Assembly (NCBI GenBank): GCA_951406725.2
Contig: OX597821.1
Coordinates: 13,702,001 to 13,766,000 of the forward strand
DNA: 64,000 bases
Source: Octopus vulgaris
Taxonomy: Eukaryota
Direction: 5' to 3'
The translations under genes and the position numbers were made by a program. Shown here one piece after another: positions 41,150-53,042 of the stretch. Numbering within the stretch: position 1 is the stretch's first letter; every line of letters begins with the position of its first letter. The notes beneath the pieces are model-generated. The model ran no database searches, was not told where the DNA came from, and saw only the letters and a list, made by a program, of their open reading frames with translations.

Positions 41150-41361
41150 TTGTGTGTCTGTGTTTGTCCCCCTAGCATTGCTTGACAACCGATGCTGGTG
41201 TGTTTATGTCCCCGTTACTTAGCGGTTCGGCAAAAGAGACAGATAGAATAAGTACTGGGCTTACAAAAGAATAAGTCCCGGGGTCGAGTTGCTCGATTAA
41301 AGGCGGTGCTCCAGCATGGCCGCAGTCAAATGACTGAAACAAGTAAAAAGAGTAAAGAGTA
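40926..41361 (+). mobile_element. SINE A, full length, near consensus
   Basis: ggcgcaggagtggctgtgtgg...gagtaaagagta. Confidence 0.93.
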
Positions 41362-41427
41362 TATCAATTTGCTTAAAATGGCCGATTGTCAAATACGTGC
41401 GTGCGTACACGATCACAAACCTTCATA

Positions 41428-41623
41428 TGTATGAAGGAAGGGGTGCTGAAAGGTTCCTGGCGATAGGCCTGGTGGGAAGCCCAACCTTCCGAGTTCTTTT
41501 ACAGGGCTTAGAAAAACTGAGGGATCGCGGCAATATGTGTGTGAATCTGAGAAGTGAAATATTTTGAATTAAATTATAATTAACTGATTCCCCGATATTT
41601 TCTTTTACCCAGCATCTCCTCGT
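41428..41623 (+). mobile_element. Internally deleted mariner-type element
   Basis: TIR-like ends (ta..aaggggtgctgaaa / cagcatctcctcgta); internal frameshifted EFF.QGLEKLRDRGNMCVNLRSE.YFE resembles the mariner transposase C-terminus. Confidence 0.65.
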
Positions 41624-41715
41624 ATATGCCGCAATATGGCCGCAGTCCAATGATTAAAACAAATGAGATATATGTATACTTACATATCCATAGATAGATA
41701 GACAGATAGATAGAC

Positions 41716-41776
<61 letters not shown>

Positions 41777-41910
41777 TGTTTCTTTATTAGCCACACAGGG
41801 CTGCACACAGACAGGACAAAATTACAAGGTAGAGCTTTTCTTTTGGGGGTAAAAGAAGGGGGTTTGGTTTTCGATCAAAAGGGATCGTAAATGGAAAGAA
41901 AGAGGACAAA
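41777..41910 (-). mobile_element. Probable LINE 3' end abutting (GATA)n, resembling SINE B tail 1
   Basis: gtttctttattagccacacagggctgcacacagacaggacaaa vs gtttctttattacccacaaggggctaaacacagaggggacgaa (12337); no SINE B body follows. Confidence 0.45.
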
Positions 41911-42266
41911 AAGAGGGGGGGATAAAATAAAATTTTAAAAAAAAGAGATAGATTGATAGATAGACAGACAAATAGACTAGTGACAGACAGGCAGAAAGAC
42001 AAAGAATTAGACAGACAAGCAAACCTACGTAGAGGTAGAGAGATATATGTGGGCAGAAAACAAGCAGACGCACTAATATGAGGAGTCACTGACAGGCAGA
42101 CAGACGGTCAGACATGATGACAATCAAAGCAACGGCATAACTTCATTACTGTCAGATGAGAAGGCGGCTGGGGTTGTTTTACTACAAAACTACACTAATC
42201 ATTGTGACATTAACACTAGTGATGAGGACTGCCGATGGGGTGGGTGGCGGAGACATCAACAAGAAC

Positions 42267-42338
<72 letters not shown>

Positions 42339-42469
42339 TGCAGCACCAGCAGCAAGTAGTACAGTAAATCTGGTGGTGGTGGTGTTGATGGTAGTGGTGG
42401 AGGTGAATGTGGTGGTGGTAGTAGTGTTGGTGGTGGTGGTGGTGGTGGTTGTGACGTATGAGCCCAGTT

Positions 42470-42615
42470 ACCTCCCATAGGACAACACCCCTAGGACAAT
42501 TCCTCCCCCCTTGGTTAATTACCCATCTCTAATATATTAAGAAGTTTTTCTCCTCAGGAGTAATTGTCCTTAAGGGATTATTGTCTATGGGACAGGGGTA
42601 AATGTCCTAGACACT
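42470..42615. mobile_element. MITE-like element with internal inverted subrepeats
   Basis: Repeated aggacaa on the left and aattgtcct/ttgtcta/atgtcctag on the right. Confidence 0.4.
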
Positions 42616-42789
42616 GTGGTGAGGTGGGGTGGCGTGAATTGATGTATATGTTGTAATTGTTTAACCCTAGAATGAATAGATCTGTCGATACTCTAAGGAT
42701 CTCCAACCGTGACCATCTTGTCTTCTTTTTTTTGTATGAGATACAGACTCCTCAATGCACCTTAATATTACCTCTAATTCGATGCTAGG

Positions 42790-42980
42790 TACTTTGGGTA
42801 CTTGCGAGTCGAATTCTGGGTACAACGCGTGTTCTTGAACAAAACCCTTCACTTTACGTTGATCCATTCCACTTAGCTGTAAAGGAGTAACCCTCAACGG
42901 ACTGGAATCTTGTTCAAGGGCAATGCTATGATCTTAGTCACTTTTGTTGCTATGGAAACCGGGATAATCGGTCGTATGAA
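42790..42980 (+). mobile_element. V-domain-like SINE, diverged
   Basis: gtgttcttgaacaaaacccttcactttacgttg...acggactgg...ctatggaaaccgggat aligns to the 52781 copy; a further minus fragment at ~43228-43325. Confidence 0.6.
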
Positions 42981-43689
42981 TACTACTACGCAAAGTCCAA
43001 GAAAAATTACTACTTTTCAGTACGTGCTGGTTTTTAAATACCTGTGGATCAAAATATAACTAGTCAGCCGTCACTCGCGAGCTAGTAGAGCTTGCTAACA
43101 TGTACTCTGCTTTCATTAATCGATTTAGATGCTTAGTGATTAAACATATACACTTCCTCAGCTCTTCTTATCCTTGATCGCAGCGACTCATCCATCATTT
43201 GTCATCTGGAGAAAAAGAGAGCAGCACCAACACCCAGCTGAATAAACTGGACAACGGGAAATGAAGTGCTTTGCTCAAAGACAACACACAATCCACCCCA
43301 GCATTTGAACATTAGACCTTTTGATTGGGAGTCGAATTCTAGGTTCTAGGCTACATAGTCAAAATGTGAAACAAGTATAAGCTGGTATTTTGCTAATGAT
43401 AATGATGTACGAATCAGTCGATGTCTAGCTAATCACCGACGTTATTCTCATCACGATCACCGATACCAACCAATAGTTAATAAAGAGAGCTTCTTCTTTT
43501 AGCAAATGCTCGACTATTAATCTAACTATATCTACGTATTTATCTGTCTGCCTATCGACCTGTTTACTTTTGTCCTATTCTTCTATGCAAAGCGGCTTTC
43601 ATACATGTGTGTGTATGTGTGTATACATACATACACACTTATATATGTATGTATATATACATACACACATATATATACATACACACATA

Positions 43690-43915
43690 CAGGGACAACA
43701 GAAGAAGGGGAATATTCCTTATGTTGTATGTCTTGTACTCTGTTTTTTCGTTGTTTGAAAAAAAAAGTCCGTTTCCATGTTTTTGCTTTTAGGTTTTCGT
43801 TTCTCATTGTGTTCAACGTTTTTTTTTTTGTATATATATATATGTATATATACATATAGATGTAGGTATGTACATATATGTATGTATATATGCATATGTT
43901 TATATATTATTTTGT

Positions 43916-43920
<5 letters not shown>
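43690..43920 (+). mobile_element. Family P3 element
   Basis: cagaagaagggg...ttttcgtttctcattgtgttc...gatgtaggtatgtacatat, within TA/CA tracts. Confidence 0.6.
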
Positions 43921-43957
<37 letters not shown>

Positions 43958-44113
43958 GTATATGCACACGCACACATATTTCTATATATGTAAATGGGCA
44001 TGTTTTGTAATTAGTTACCCGGATTTGTTTGTAAAGGTTGCACATTATGCATGTGTGCGTGTATGTGAGTGTGTAACTATATGCCTGTGTATGTATGTAT
44101 ATATCTATGTATG

Positions 44114-44156
<43 letters not shown>

Positions 44157-44662
44157 CACGTATGCATTTATCTATGTATATGTATCGAATACACACAAAG
44201 AGAACCTCTTGTCTTTAAGTCTTATTTGGAAAGGATGTAAGTCATACTTTGACCTTAGCGCTTCCGGTAGATCGTAAGACTGGGCTTCGGGTATCAAACG
44301 TCTGCCTTATTGAGAGCCAAGGGATGATCTTAAGTGGACATCTGGTATTTTACATAGCAAGCTTATTACATCGTCATGACAACTAGTGATCGTATTATCG
44401 TCACGTATTTTCTTAGCTTTCTTCAACGTTCTGTCAGTCTGTTTCCTGCGACGAAATAAAATGAAAAATACTGTATGGAACACAAAACCCGCCTGCACTT
44501 AGACGCCCGCGCACAGGCACATACACACACACACACACACATATATACACACACACATGCACTGCACACACACACACACACACAATCACAATCACACATG
44601 TGCGTGCACGGTTCGTGAGCATACATATCTCTACCTATGTATCTATCTACCTATCTATCAGT

Positions 44663-44745
44663 GGCTTAGCGGGTCCTATCAAAATGTTCAACCCATGCCA
44701 GCATGAAAAGAGAGACATTAAACGACGATGATGATAGTGATGATG
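44663..44745 (+). mobile_element. RTE-like LINE 3' tail fragment
   Basis: caacccatgccagcatg...attaaacgacgatgatgat ending in (GAT)n; recognition from memory of RTE-type tails. Confidence 0.45.
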
Positions 44746-45042
44746 AGGATGATGATGAGGAGGAGGAGATGAGGATGATGAGGATGATGGTGGTGATATA
44801 TATATATATTCTTTTATTCTTTTACTTGCTTCAGAGCACGGCCTTTAGTTGAACAAATCGATTCCAGGAGTTATTCTTTGTAAGCCTAGCACTTATTTTA
44901 TCGGTAACTTTTGCCAAACCGCTAAGTTATGGGGACGTAAACACACCAATATCAGTTATGAAGCGATGTTGAGGGGACAATCACAGACACACAAATACAT
45001 ACATATACATATACATACATACATACATACAAACAAACATAC

Positions 45043-45073
<31 letters not shown>

Positions 45074-45105
45074 GTTGAAACATTGAACCCTTCCTGTTAC
45101 AAACT

Positions 45106-45149
45106 GGGACCTTGAAGATTGCTAAAGAGCAAGAAAGTATACTAGTCCC
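45106..45149 (+). ncRNA. Type I hammerhead ribozyme (one extra U in the first core box)
   Basis: GGGAC-CTTGAAGA-TTGC taaaga GCAA-GAAA-gtatac-TA-GTCCC; helix I 5 bp and helix II 4 bp perfect; palindromic AGTATACT. Confidence 0.75.
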
Positions 45150-45210
45150 TTAATATTTGAAATTCAATATTTCATCTATTCAATAAGACAATCAATACTT
45201 CATTTCATTT

Positions 45211-45260
<50 letters not shown>

Positions 45261-45377
45261 TATTTATACTATATATTCTACATTCTACATTAATATTATA
45301 AAGAATATGAATAAAACATAAAAAACAGACAGAGTTGGAATTCCTTTGAATAATATATATATATATATATATATATA

Positions 45378-45582
45378 GTTAATCCAAACAAGAAAGCACA
45401 AAAAAAAAACACAACACTAGGACGTGGAACAAATAAAGTATTATTGGACGCACAGGAAAGAAGGGAAGAAGGAGGGTTTAACGTTTCGAGTTCTTCGTCG
45501 GAAACATTGGAGAAGGAAAGATCCCGAGAAGGGAAGACAGAGGAAAAAATCGCCAGCGATACTCACGAGGTCACATATTAAA

Positions 45583-45590
<8 letters not shown>
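45378..45590 (-). mobile_element. Family P1 element with damaged hammerhead motif (45476-45505)
   Basis: Reverse complement aligns along its length to 5132-5355; gttt-CCGACGA-agaactc-GAAA-cgTT-aaac. Confidence 0.7.
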
Positions 45591-45631
<41 letters not shown>

Positions 45632-46334
45632 ACTGGCTCCTTTCGGTTTCCATCAACGAAATCCACTCACAAGGATTTGGTCGGCCTGAGGCTATAGTAG
45701 AAGACACTTGCACAATGTATATATATATATATGCGACGAACTTATAGTTTCCGTCTATCAAATCTACTTACAAGGTTCTGGTCGGCCCGGAGCTATAGTA
45801 GAAGACACCCAAAATGCTACACAGACGGACTGAACCCAGAACTATATAGTTGGAAACCAAACTTCTTACCACACATCTAAGCCTAATTATATATTATATT
45901 GCATTCTGTTACACACACACGCACAAACGCACACACACGCATGCGCATGTCTATATTAACATCTGAGGTTGATTTTTGGTGGGGAGGAGGGGGCGAAACG
46001 GACGTTTATTTTGCTTGATTTCTTTTCTTTTTTTTTTCCTACTTTCTTACTTTGCTTTTTCAATTAGTGAAAGGCGGATGAGCAACATCCTTGATGTGTC
46101 TAGATTTAGCCAATCAGAGCTGTTCGTGTGTGATTTAACCTTCTGTAGATCATGTTTACTAGTTGGGTGGGTTGTAAAAGTTTGTATCTTTGATGAAGAA
46201 TGGTTATGGGCTGGTGGGTACAGTGTCTATGGTGTCATCGGAGTGTGGCGCACAACGGAGATGAAACATAAAGATATTTGTGAGCTGGGTGTGCTTGTAA
46301 TATAACGTAGTACGTAATACAGGAGTTGTAAGAT

Positions 46335-46511
46335 ATTCTTTTCTACTCTAGATATAAGGCCCGAAATTTTGGGGGGGAAGGGGCCAATCGATTAGATCGA
46401 CCCCAGTACGCAACTGGTACTTAATTAATCGACCCCGAAAGGATGAAAGGTAAAGTTGGCCTCGGTGGAATTTGAACTCAGAACGTAGAGACAGACGAAA
46501 TACCATCTTAA
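46335..46511 (-). mobile_element. SINE B, tail type 2, 5'-truncated
   Basis: ttctactctagatataaggcccgaaatttt...gacgaaatacc. Confidence 0.85.
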
Positions 46512-47233
46512 GTTTGTCCTCCACTCCTGCAGCATTCAACCGGCATAACTTGAACACTTTGCTTGAAACAGACAAACCCGGTTTTCCTTCGGTGACGAAG
46601 GAGCTGCACACTTTGAACTAATCCGACGTGACAACTTGAGGAAAAGATACGTCAGTGTCATCTCAGACTCACCAACAAGATAATGGACAACTTCCCTGGT
46701 CATCTACGTTCAAAGACATGCCATTCCAAGATCGGACTGTTTTCATATCTATTAACTCACAAAATGTAAGATAAGACTTCTAAAGGACAACGTCGTTGTC
46801 AACATTGATGGATAGCCATAAGCAACATGTTAATTTTGATTTGTCTAGATTTCGTATGGATTATGTTTCGTACAGAAGAGACGATGGGATGGAACCAAAT
46901 AAATAGAACTGTATGTAGCTAGAAATATCAGTAAATGGACTGGGTAAGGCCTACAACAAATTAGTGATTCTACATCTAAAACGGAGCTACTGATACGCGT
47001 GGAGACCGCCTGGACTGCATCGACGGAAGGGTTACTTGAGTAATAATCGTTAAATAATTCACGGAAAGCTCCAACCTCTGAAAAACAGTTTTAGTCATCA
47101 GGCTAATGTCATCAAGCCAATATCCATGGCATTTGTTTAGGCCGCCAAGTCCAGGCCCATTACTATCCTAATAGATTTAGCCACCAAGTAAATGCTGCCC
47201 AACCGACAAGTTAGATAGTGATTCTGCTTTTGC

Positions 47234-47288
<55 letters not shown>

Positions 47289-47520
47289 AATGATGATGAT
47301 AATGATGATGATGATGATGACGACGACGACGACAAATACGATGATACAGATAATGAAGCTGTGTTGATTTTTATGTTCCCACTGTTGTCATTGCTGTTGT
47401 AGTTGTTGCTGCAGATGATGATGATGATGATGATGATGATGATAATGAAGCTGCTGTTGCTGCTACTGCTGCATTTGTTGTTGTTGTTGTTTTTTTTTTG
47501 TTCTTGTTGTTGTTGTTGGG
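47234..47520. repeat. (GAT)n/(GTT)n low-complexity tract
   Basis: Direct observation. Confidence 0.9.
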
Positions 47521-47754
47521 ACTATACTGGCGTAGTCGGCTTTCATTTGTCACTTCAGGACGATGAGGACAGTAAGGATATTCCTTCCTGTAATTGAGAA
47601 AAAAAAAAATAATCAAAGTTTGCGATAGTAATCGCTTTGTTGTTGCTGTTCTTGTTCTTGATAATAGTCAGGGCAGTGCTGTTGATAATACTGCTGCAGG
47701 TGCTTTTTAGCTTCCATATTATTTTAATTGCAACCAAAGTCATATGGGAGTATA

Positions 47755-47785
<31 letters not shown>

Positions 47786-47803
47786 ATTGCAATATATATA
47801 TAT

Positions 47804-47846
<43 letters not shown>

Positions 47847-47864
47847 TATATACATACATATATA

Positions 47865-47913
<49 letters not shown>

Positions 47914-48046
47914 TACGTGTATATATTGTAAGGTTTGCTGTCACCTGATATTGGATACAAGACCATTATTTATTTTATTTATTTCATAGTAATTTTAAAA
48001 GTTTAAAGGATGACATCAACAATGACATTTGTAGCATGCTCTAGAG

Positions 48047-48085
<39 letters not shown>

Positions 48086-48285
48086 TGTGTATGTGTGAGG
48101 GGGATGACTGTTCGTGTGGGCGTATGTGCGCGTGCGTGTGTGTGTATGTATGTATACATATATACCCTTTAATTCTGTCTTGCTTTTAAATATATTTATT
48201 TCTTTTTTCATGTTTTACTGGTATATATGTTATTACAACTATACAGATTAGTAGACATGGAAAACCGAGTAGAAAATTATGTATA

Positions 48286-48478
48286 GGCGCAGGAGTGGCT
48301 GTGTGGTAAGTAGCTTGCTTACCAACCACATGGTTACGCATTCAGTCCCACTGCGTGGCACCTTGGGCAAGTATCTTCTACTATAGCCTCGGGCTGACCA
48401 AAGCCTTGTGAGTGGATTTGGTAGACGGAAACTGAAAGAAGCCCGTCGTATATATGTATATATATATATACATATATA

Positions 48479-48517
<39 letters not shown>

Positions 48518-48938
48518 TCTCTTTTACTCTTTTACTCTTTTACTTGTTTCAGTCATATGACTGCGGCCATGCTGGAGCACCGCCTTTAGTCGAGCAACTC
48601 GACCCCGGGACTTATTCTTTTTTTGTAAGCCCAGTACTTATATTCTATCGGTCTCTTTTTGCCGAACCGCTAAGTTACGGGGACGTAAACACACCAGCAT
48701 CGGTTGTCAAGCAATGCAAGGGGGACAAACACAGACACACAAACAAACACACATACATATATATATATACATATATACGACAGGCTTCTTTCAGTTTCCG
48801 TCTACCAAATCCACTCACAAGGCTTTGGTCGGCCCGAGGCTATAGCAGAAGATACTTGCCCAAGATGCCACGCAGTGCGACTGAACCCGGAACCATGTGG
48901 TTGGTTAGCAAGCTACTTACCACACAGCCACTCCTGCG

Positions 48939-48999
<61 letters not shown>

Positions 49000-49010
49000 G
49001 TATATATGTG

Positions 49011-49047
<37 letters not shown>

Positions 49048-49260
49048 TTGTATGTCTGTGTTTGTTGCCCCCCAATATGGCTTGACAACGGATGCTGCTG
49101 TGTTTGCGTCCCCGTAACTTGGCGGTTCAGTGAAAGAGACCGACAGAATAAATGCTGGGCTTACAAAGAATAAGTCCTGGTGTCGATTTGTTCGACTAAA
49201 GGCGGTGCCCCAGCATGGCCGCAGTCAAATTACTGATACAAATGAAAGAATAAAAGAGAA
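48286..49260 (+). mobile_element. SINE A halves (48286-48452 and ~49050-49260) hosting an inverted SINE A
   Basis: The 5' and 3' halves are separated by TA tracts and the 48516-48940 copy. Confidence 0.85.
48516..48940 (-). mobile_element. SINE A, full length, nested
   Basis: actctcttttactc...cactcctgcgcc. Confidence 0.93.
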
Positions 49261-49837
49261 ATAGCTGAAAATAATGCAGATCTATTCTCTGGTTTCCATA
49301 ATGAATAACAATTAGTTCTACCCAAAAATAATAATTTGGACTATGATATTGATAGCACCGTCGTCGCCATCATCACCCCCCATTACCACCACCACCATCA
49401 TCATCATCACGATCACCATTATCAGTAGCAGCAACAAGATTATTATCACCATCATCGTTATGAGCCACAATTACAAAAGCACAGCTATAGAAGCAAGCAT
49501 AGCTCTTTGGTTAAGAATTTCGTTTCACACACTGCGTGGTTTCAGATTCAATCCCACTGCATGTCCCTTTGGACAAGTACCATCTACTATAACTTTGACA
49601 TGACCGAAGTCTTGAGAGTTAAATTCCATAGATGAAACTTTGGAAGACTGTCAGAAGCATCATTTGCGTTCTTGGAGAGCAGGAGTCTATCATCACAATC
49701 TGAAACGTAGGATGTCTTCAGTTGCAAGCATTCGGGCACGGATTCTGATAGTAGGTTAGTTTGGGGTTTTAACTTGGCGGTTCAAACAAGTATTATGGGC
49801 ACCACCATTCCTCTTCTGACTAAATTATGTAAAACTA

Positions 49838-49894
<57 letters not shown>

Positions 49895-49895
<1 letters not shown>

Positions 49896-50053
49896 ACTTC
49901 CCTACCACATGGTACGGGTTCAGTTTCACTGCTTCTCACCTTGGGTGCAAGTGTCTTCTACATTAGCCCCAAGTCGTCCAAAACCTTGTGAATGGATTTA
50001 ATAGGTGGAAACTGAAAGAAGCCAGATGCGTGTGTGCATGAGTGCGTGTGTGT

Positions 50054-50104
<51 letters not shown>

Positions 50105-50295
50105 ACAATGCTTGAAAACCAGTGTTGGTTTGTTTTAGTCACCGTAACTTAGCAGTCCGGCAAATATGACCGACAGAACAAATATCAGGCTTAAAAAAAA
50201 AACAAAAAAAAAATAGTGAGGCCGATTTGTCCGACTAAACGCCTGAAGGCGGTGTCCTAGCATGGCCGCAGTCCAATGACTGAAACAAATAAAGA
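49895..50295 (+). mobile_element. Diverged SINE A with internal (GA)n
   Basis: ccacatggtacgggttcag...catggccgcagtccaatgactgaaacaaataaa. Confidence 0.75.
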
Positions 50296-50321
50296 GATAT
50301 ATGAGAGAGAGGGGTATGGAG

Positions 50322-50334
50322 AAAGAAAGAAAGG

Positions 50335-50401
<67 letters not shown>

Positions 50402-50414
50402 AAGAAAGAAAGAG

Positions 50415-50509
<95 letters not shown>

Positions 50510-50510
50510 A
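50322..50510. repeat. (AAAG)n microsatellite
   Basis: Direct observation. Confidence 0.95.
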
Positions 50511-50832
50511 AATCGCAAAGAACAAGAACAGCTACGAAAAATCTCTCCAGATTAGCAACAAGACATTCTTTGTATGTAAAGTTGTTTACTTGAAAGTATC
50601 TTTCTAAATATAAAGGATTCTTAGTTTGAAAAGGATTCCTTCCATGCATGAAAAAACTATTTTAACTAGTACAGTTTTGCCTACATTCTGATATCTATTA
50701 ACTTACAGTTAGTTACTCAGCCCCGCCATCCAAGTTGATGATTATTGACGACGAGTAATAACCTACTCCGTTTAAAATACCTTCATGCTTTCCTTGTGCT
50801 GGCTGTAGGCACCAACGGAAGATACAACGTGA

Positions 50833-51170
50833 CTGAGACCGCCCACGGTTCTTATGATACAAACTAAATTAAATCTTTACATAAAACTTTCATCTTGATT
50901 TATATTCCGAATACAAGCTTAACAATGACAAATGTATATTGATAAACTCTTCATTATTTTAAAAATAAACCCGCCTGAGACCGCCGTTGGTTCTGTAATT
51001 CAAATCGTTTTAAAATGGTCTAAATGAAAACCTTCCATAAATATTTCTTTGTGATTTATATTTCAAACATGAACTTAACAATGGCAAAGTTATTTTACAA
51101 AAATTCCCGATTATTTTCTAAATTAATTGAAACAAATACAGTGTGTTCCAACAGAAATATGGTAACAAAA
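50833..51170. repeat. Two diverged ~140-bp direct copies (50833-50968, 50975-51125), probably MITE-derived
   Basis: ctgagaccgcc...ggttct...gatttatatt...cttaacaatg.caaa...attatttt occurs twice. Confidence 0.65.
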
Positions 51171-51295
51171 TACGTTATGTCTCATATTTTTGTGATTCCA
51201 GTTTTTGCTTCAGACGCTAAACTGAGTTCCTTAGCATCATGTTCTTTGATACTAAATATTCTGCAATAGTTCACTGAGAAGAAGTTTTGAATAAT

Positions 51296-51689
51296 CTTCC
51301 CTACATGGCCTGAAATTTATGGGGCCGGAGTCTAGTGGATTATATCGACCCCAGTGCATAACTGGTACTTATTCTATCGACCTCGAAAAGATAGAATTTG
51401 AACTCAGATTGTAAGCATTTAGCTGGCGTGCTAACGATTCTGCCAGTTCGCCGCCTTATAATTCTTAAATATTGATTTCAAAATTTGGCACAAGGCCATC
51501 AATTTTAGGGGGCAGGAGTTAAATCGATTATATCACCCCCAGTACTCAGCTAGTACATATTTTATCGATCCCGATAGGATGAAAGATAAAGTCGACTTCT
51601 GCGGAATTTGAACTCAGAACGTTAAGACGGACGAAACACTGCTAAGCATTTTGCCCAGCGTGCTAACGATTCTGCCAGCGTGGCACCTT
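51296..51689 (-). mobile_element. Two adjacent SINE B copies (51296-51457 tail 2; 51474-51689 tail 3)
   Basis: Both carry the B body; aattcttaaa(t/c)att at 51460-51473 and 51692-51705 is a likely TSD of the second copy. Confidence 0.85.
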
Positions 51690-51713
51690 AGAATTCTTAA
51701 ACATTACTAAATA

Positions 51714-51972
51714 CAGAAGTAACTCGCCATATTGCGGTTCATCATCGCAGATTTTTCTGGCAAATACATGTAAATTTATATCGCGGACTCCTCAGTATAT
51801 CGCTCGTTTCTGCGACCGATAGGTATTTATAATTTTTTAGATTCTAATTATTTCAGTGGTAAAATAAGCCTTTTCACGCCAAAAAAATCAATAAATTAAT
51901 AAATAAAAATAGAGTACAGTACTGCGCGGGAGGTTTTGGTACGTAACAGCCACGATAGTCGAGGGGTTGCTG
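51714..51972. mobile_element. pogo/Tigger-like MITE
   Basis: TA|CAG...ctcgccatat at left and atagtcgaggggttgCTG|TA at right (imperfect TIR, TA TSD). Confidence 0.55.
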
Positions 51973-52023
51973 TATACTGTAATGTTTCATTAAGCTGTCT
52001 GCCTTTAAAACAAAATCCACCAC

Positions 52024-52245
52024 TCTTTTTTCTTTTACTCTTTTACTTGTTTCAGTCATTTGACTGCGGACATGCTGGAGCACCGCCTTTAGTCGAGCAA
52101 ATCGACCCCGGGACTTATTCTTTGTAAGCCCAGTACTTATTCTATCGGTCTCTTTTGCCGAACCGCTAAGTGACGGGGACGTAAACACACCAGCATCGGT
52201 TGTCAAGCGATGTTGGTGGAAACAAACACAGACACACAAACATAT

Positions 52246-52284
<39 letters not shown>

Positions 52285-52449
52285 TACGACAGGCTTCTTT
52301 CAGTTTCCGTCTACCAAATCCACTCACAAGGCATTGGTCGGCCCGGGGCTATAGCAGAAGACACTTGCCCAAGATGCCACGCAGTGGAACTGAACCCGGA
52401 ACCATGTGGTTGGTAAGCAAGCTACTTACCACACAGCCACTCCTGCGCC
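52024..52449 (-). mobile_element. SINE A, full length
   Basis: ttttactcttttacttg...cactcctgcgcc. Confidence 0.93.
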
Positions 52450-52723
52450 TATTAGTTAGTTGAATAATGGAATCTAGACATGCTTATTCATACACATTCA
52501 TTTACACGTGTGCAACGCACAAAAACACACAATGTTGTGTGTATTAATAAATGTATTTGTGCAATGTGCATGTTTCTGTGTGTGTAAGGGAATGAGTGTG
52601 TATGTTTGTGTGTGTGTGTACATGTATATGTATGTAGGTATGTATATATAGAGATGTATGTATACATATATACGAACATACACATACACACTCACATACA
52701 TATATATGAATACACACACACAT

Positions 52724-52779
<56 letters not shown>

Positions 52780-52780
52780 A

Positions 52781-52989
52781 TGATCGTAAGATTGTGGTTT
52801 CGATTCCTGGACCGGGCGACGCGTGGTGTTCTTGAGCAAAACACTTCATTTCACGTTGCTCCAGCCCACCCAGCTGGGAAAAATGAGTAACGCTGCGATG
52901 GACTGGTGTCCTGTCCTGCTGGGGAACACATATGCCATAGAAATCGGGAAACCGGGCCCATGAGCCTGGCTAGGCTTTAAAAGGGCGCA

Positions 52990-52992
<3 letters not shown>
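52781..52992 (+). mobile_element. V-domain-like SINE
   Basis: B-box-like gtttcgattcc; ctgcgatggactggtgtcctgtcc resembles the V-SINE central domain; homolog at 62125-62347 (minus). Confidence 0.65.

Positions 52993-53042
<50 letters not shown>

Larger units (their letters stand above)
44808..45884 (-). mobile_element. SINE A (3' half 44808-45000; 5' pieces 45630-45712 and 45745-45884) with three islands in its TA tract
   Basis: A halves bracket islands at 45074-45213, 45260-45352 and 45378-45590. Confidence 0.7.
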
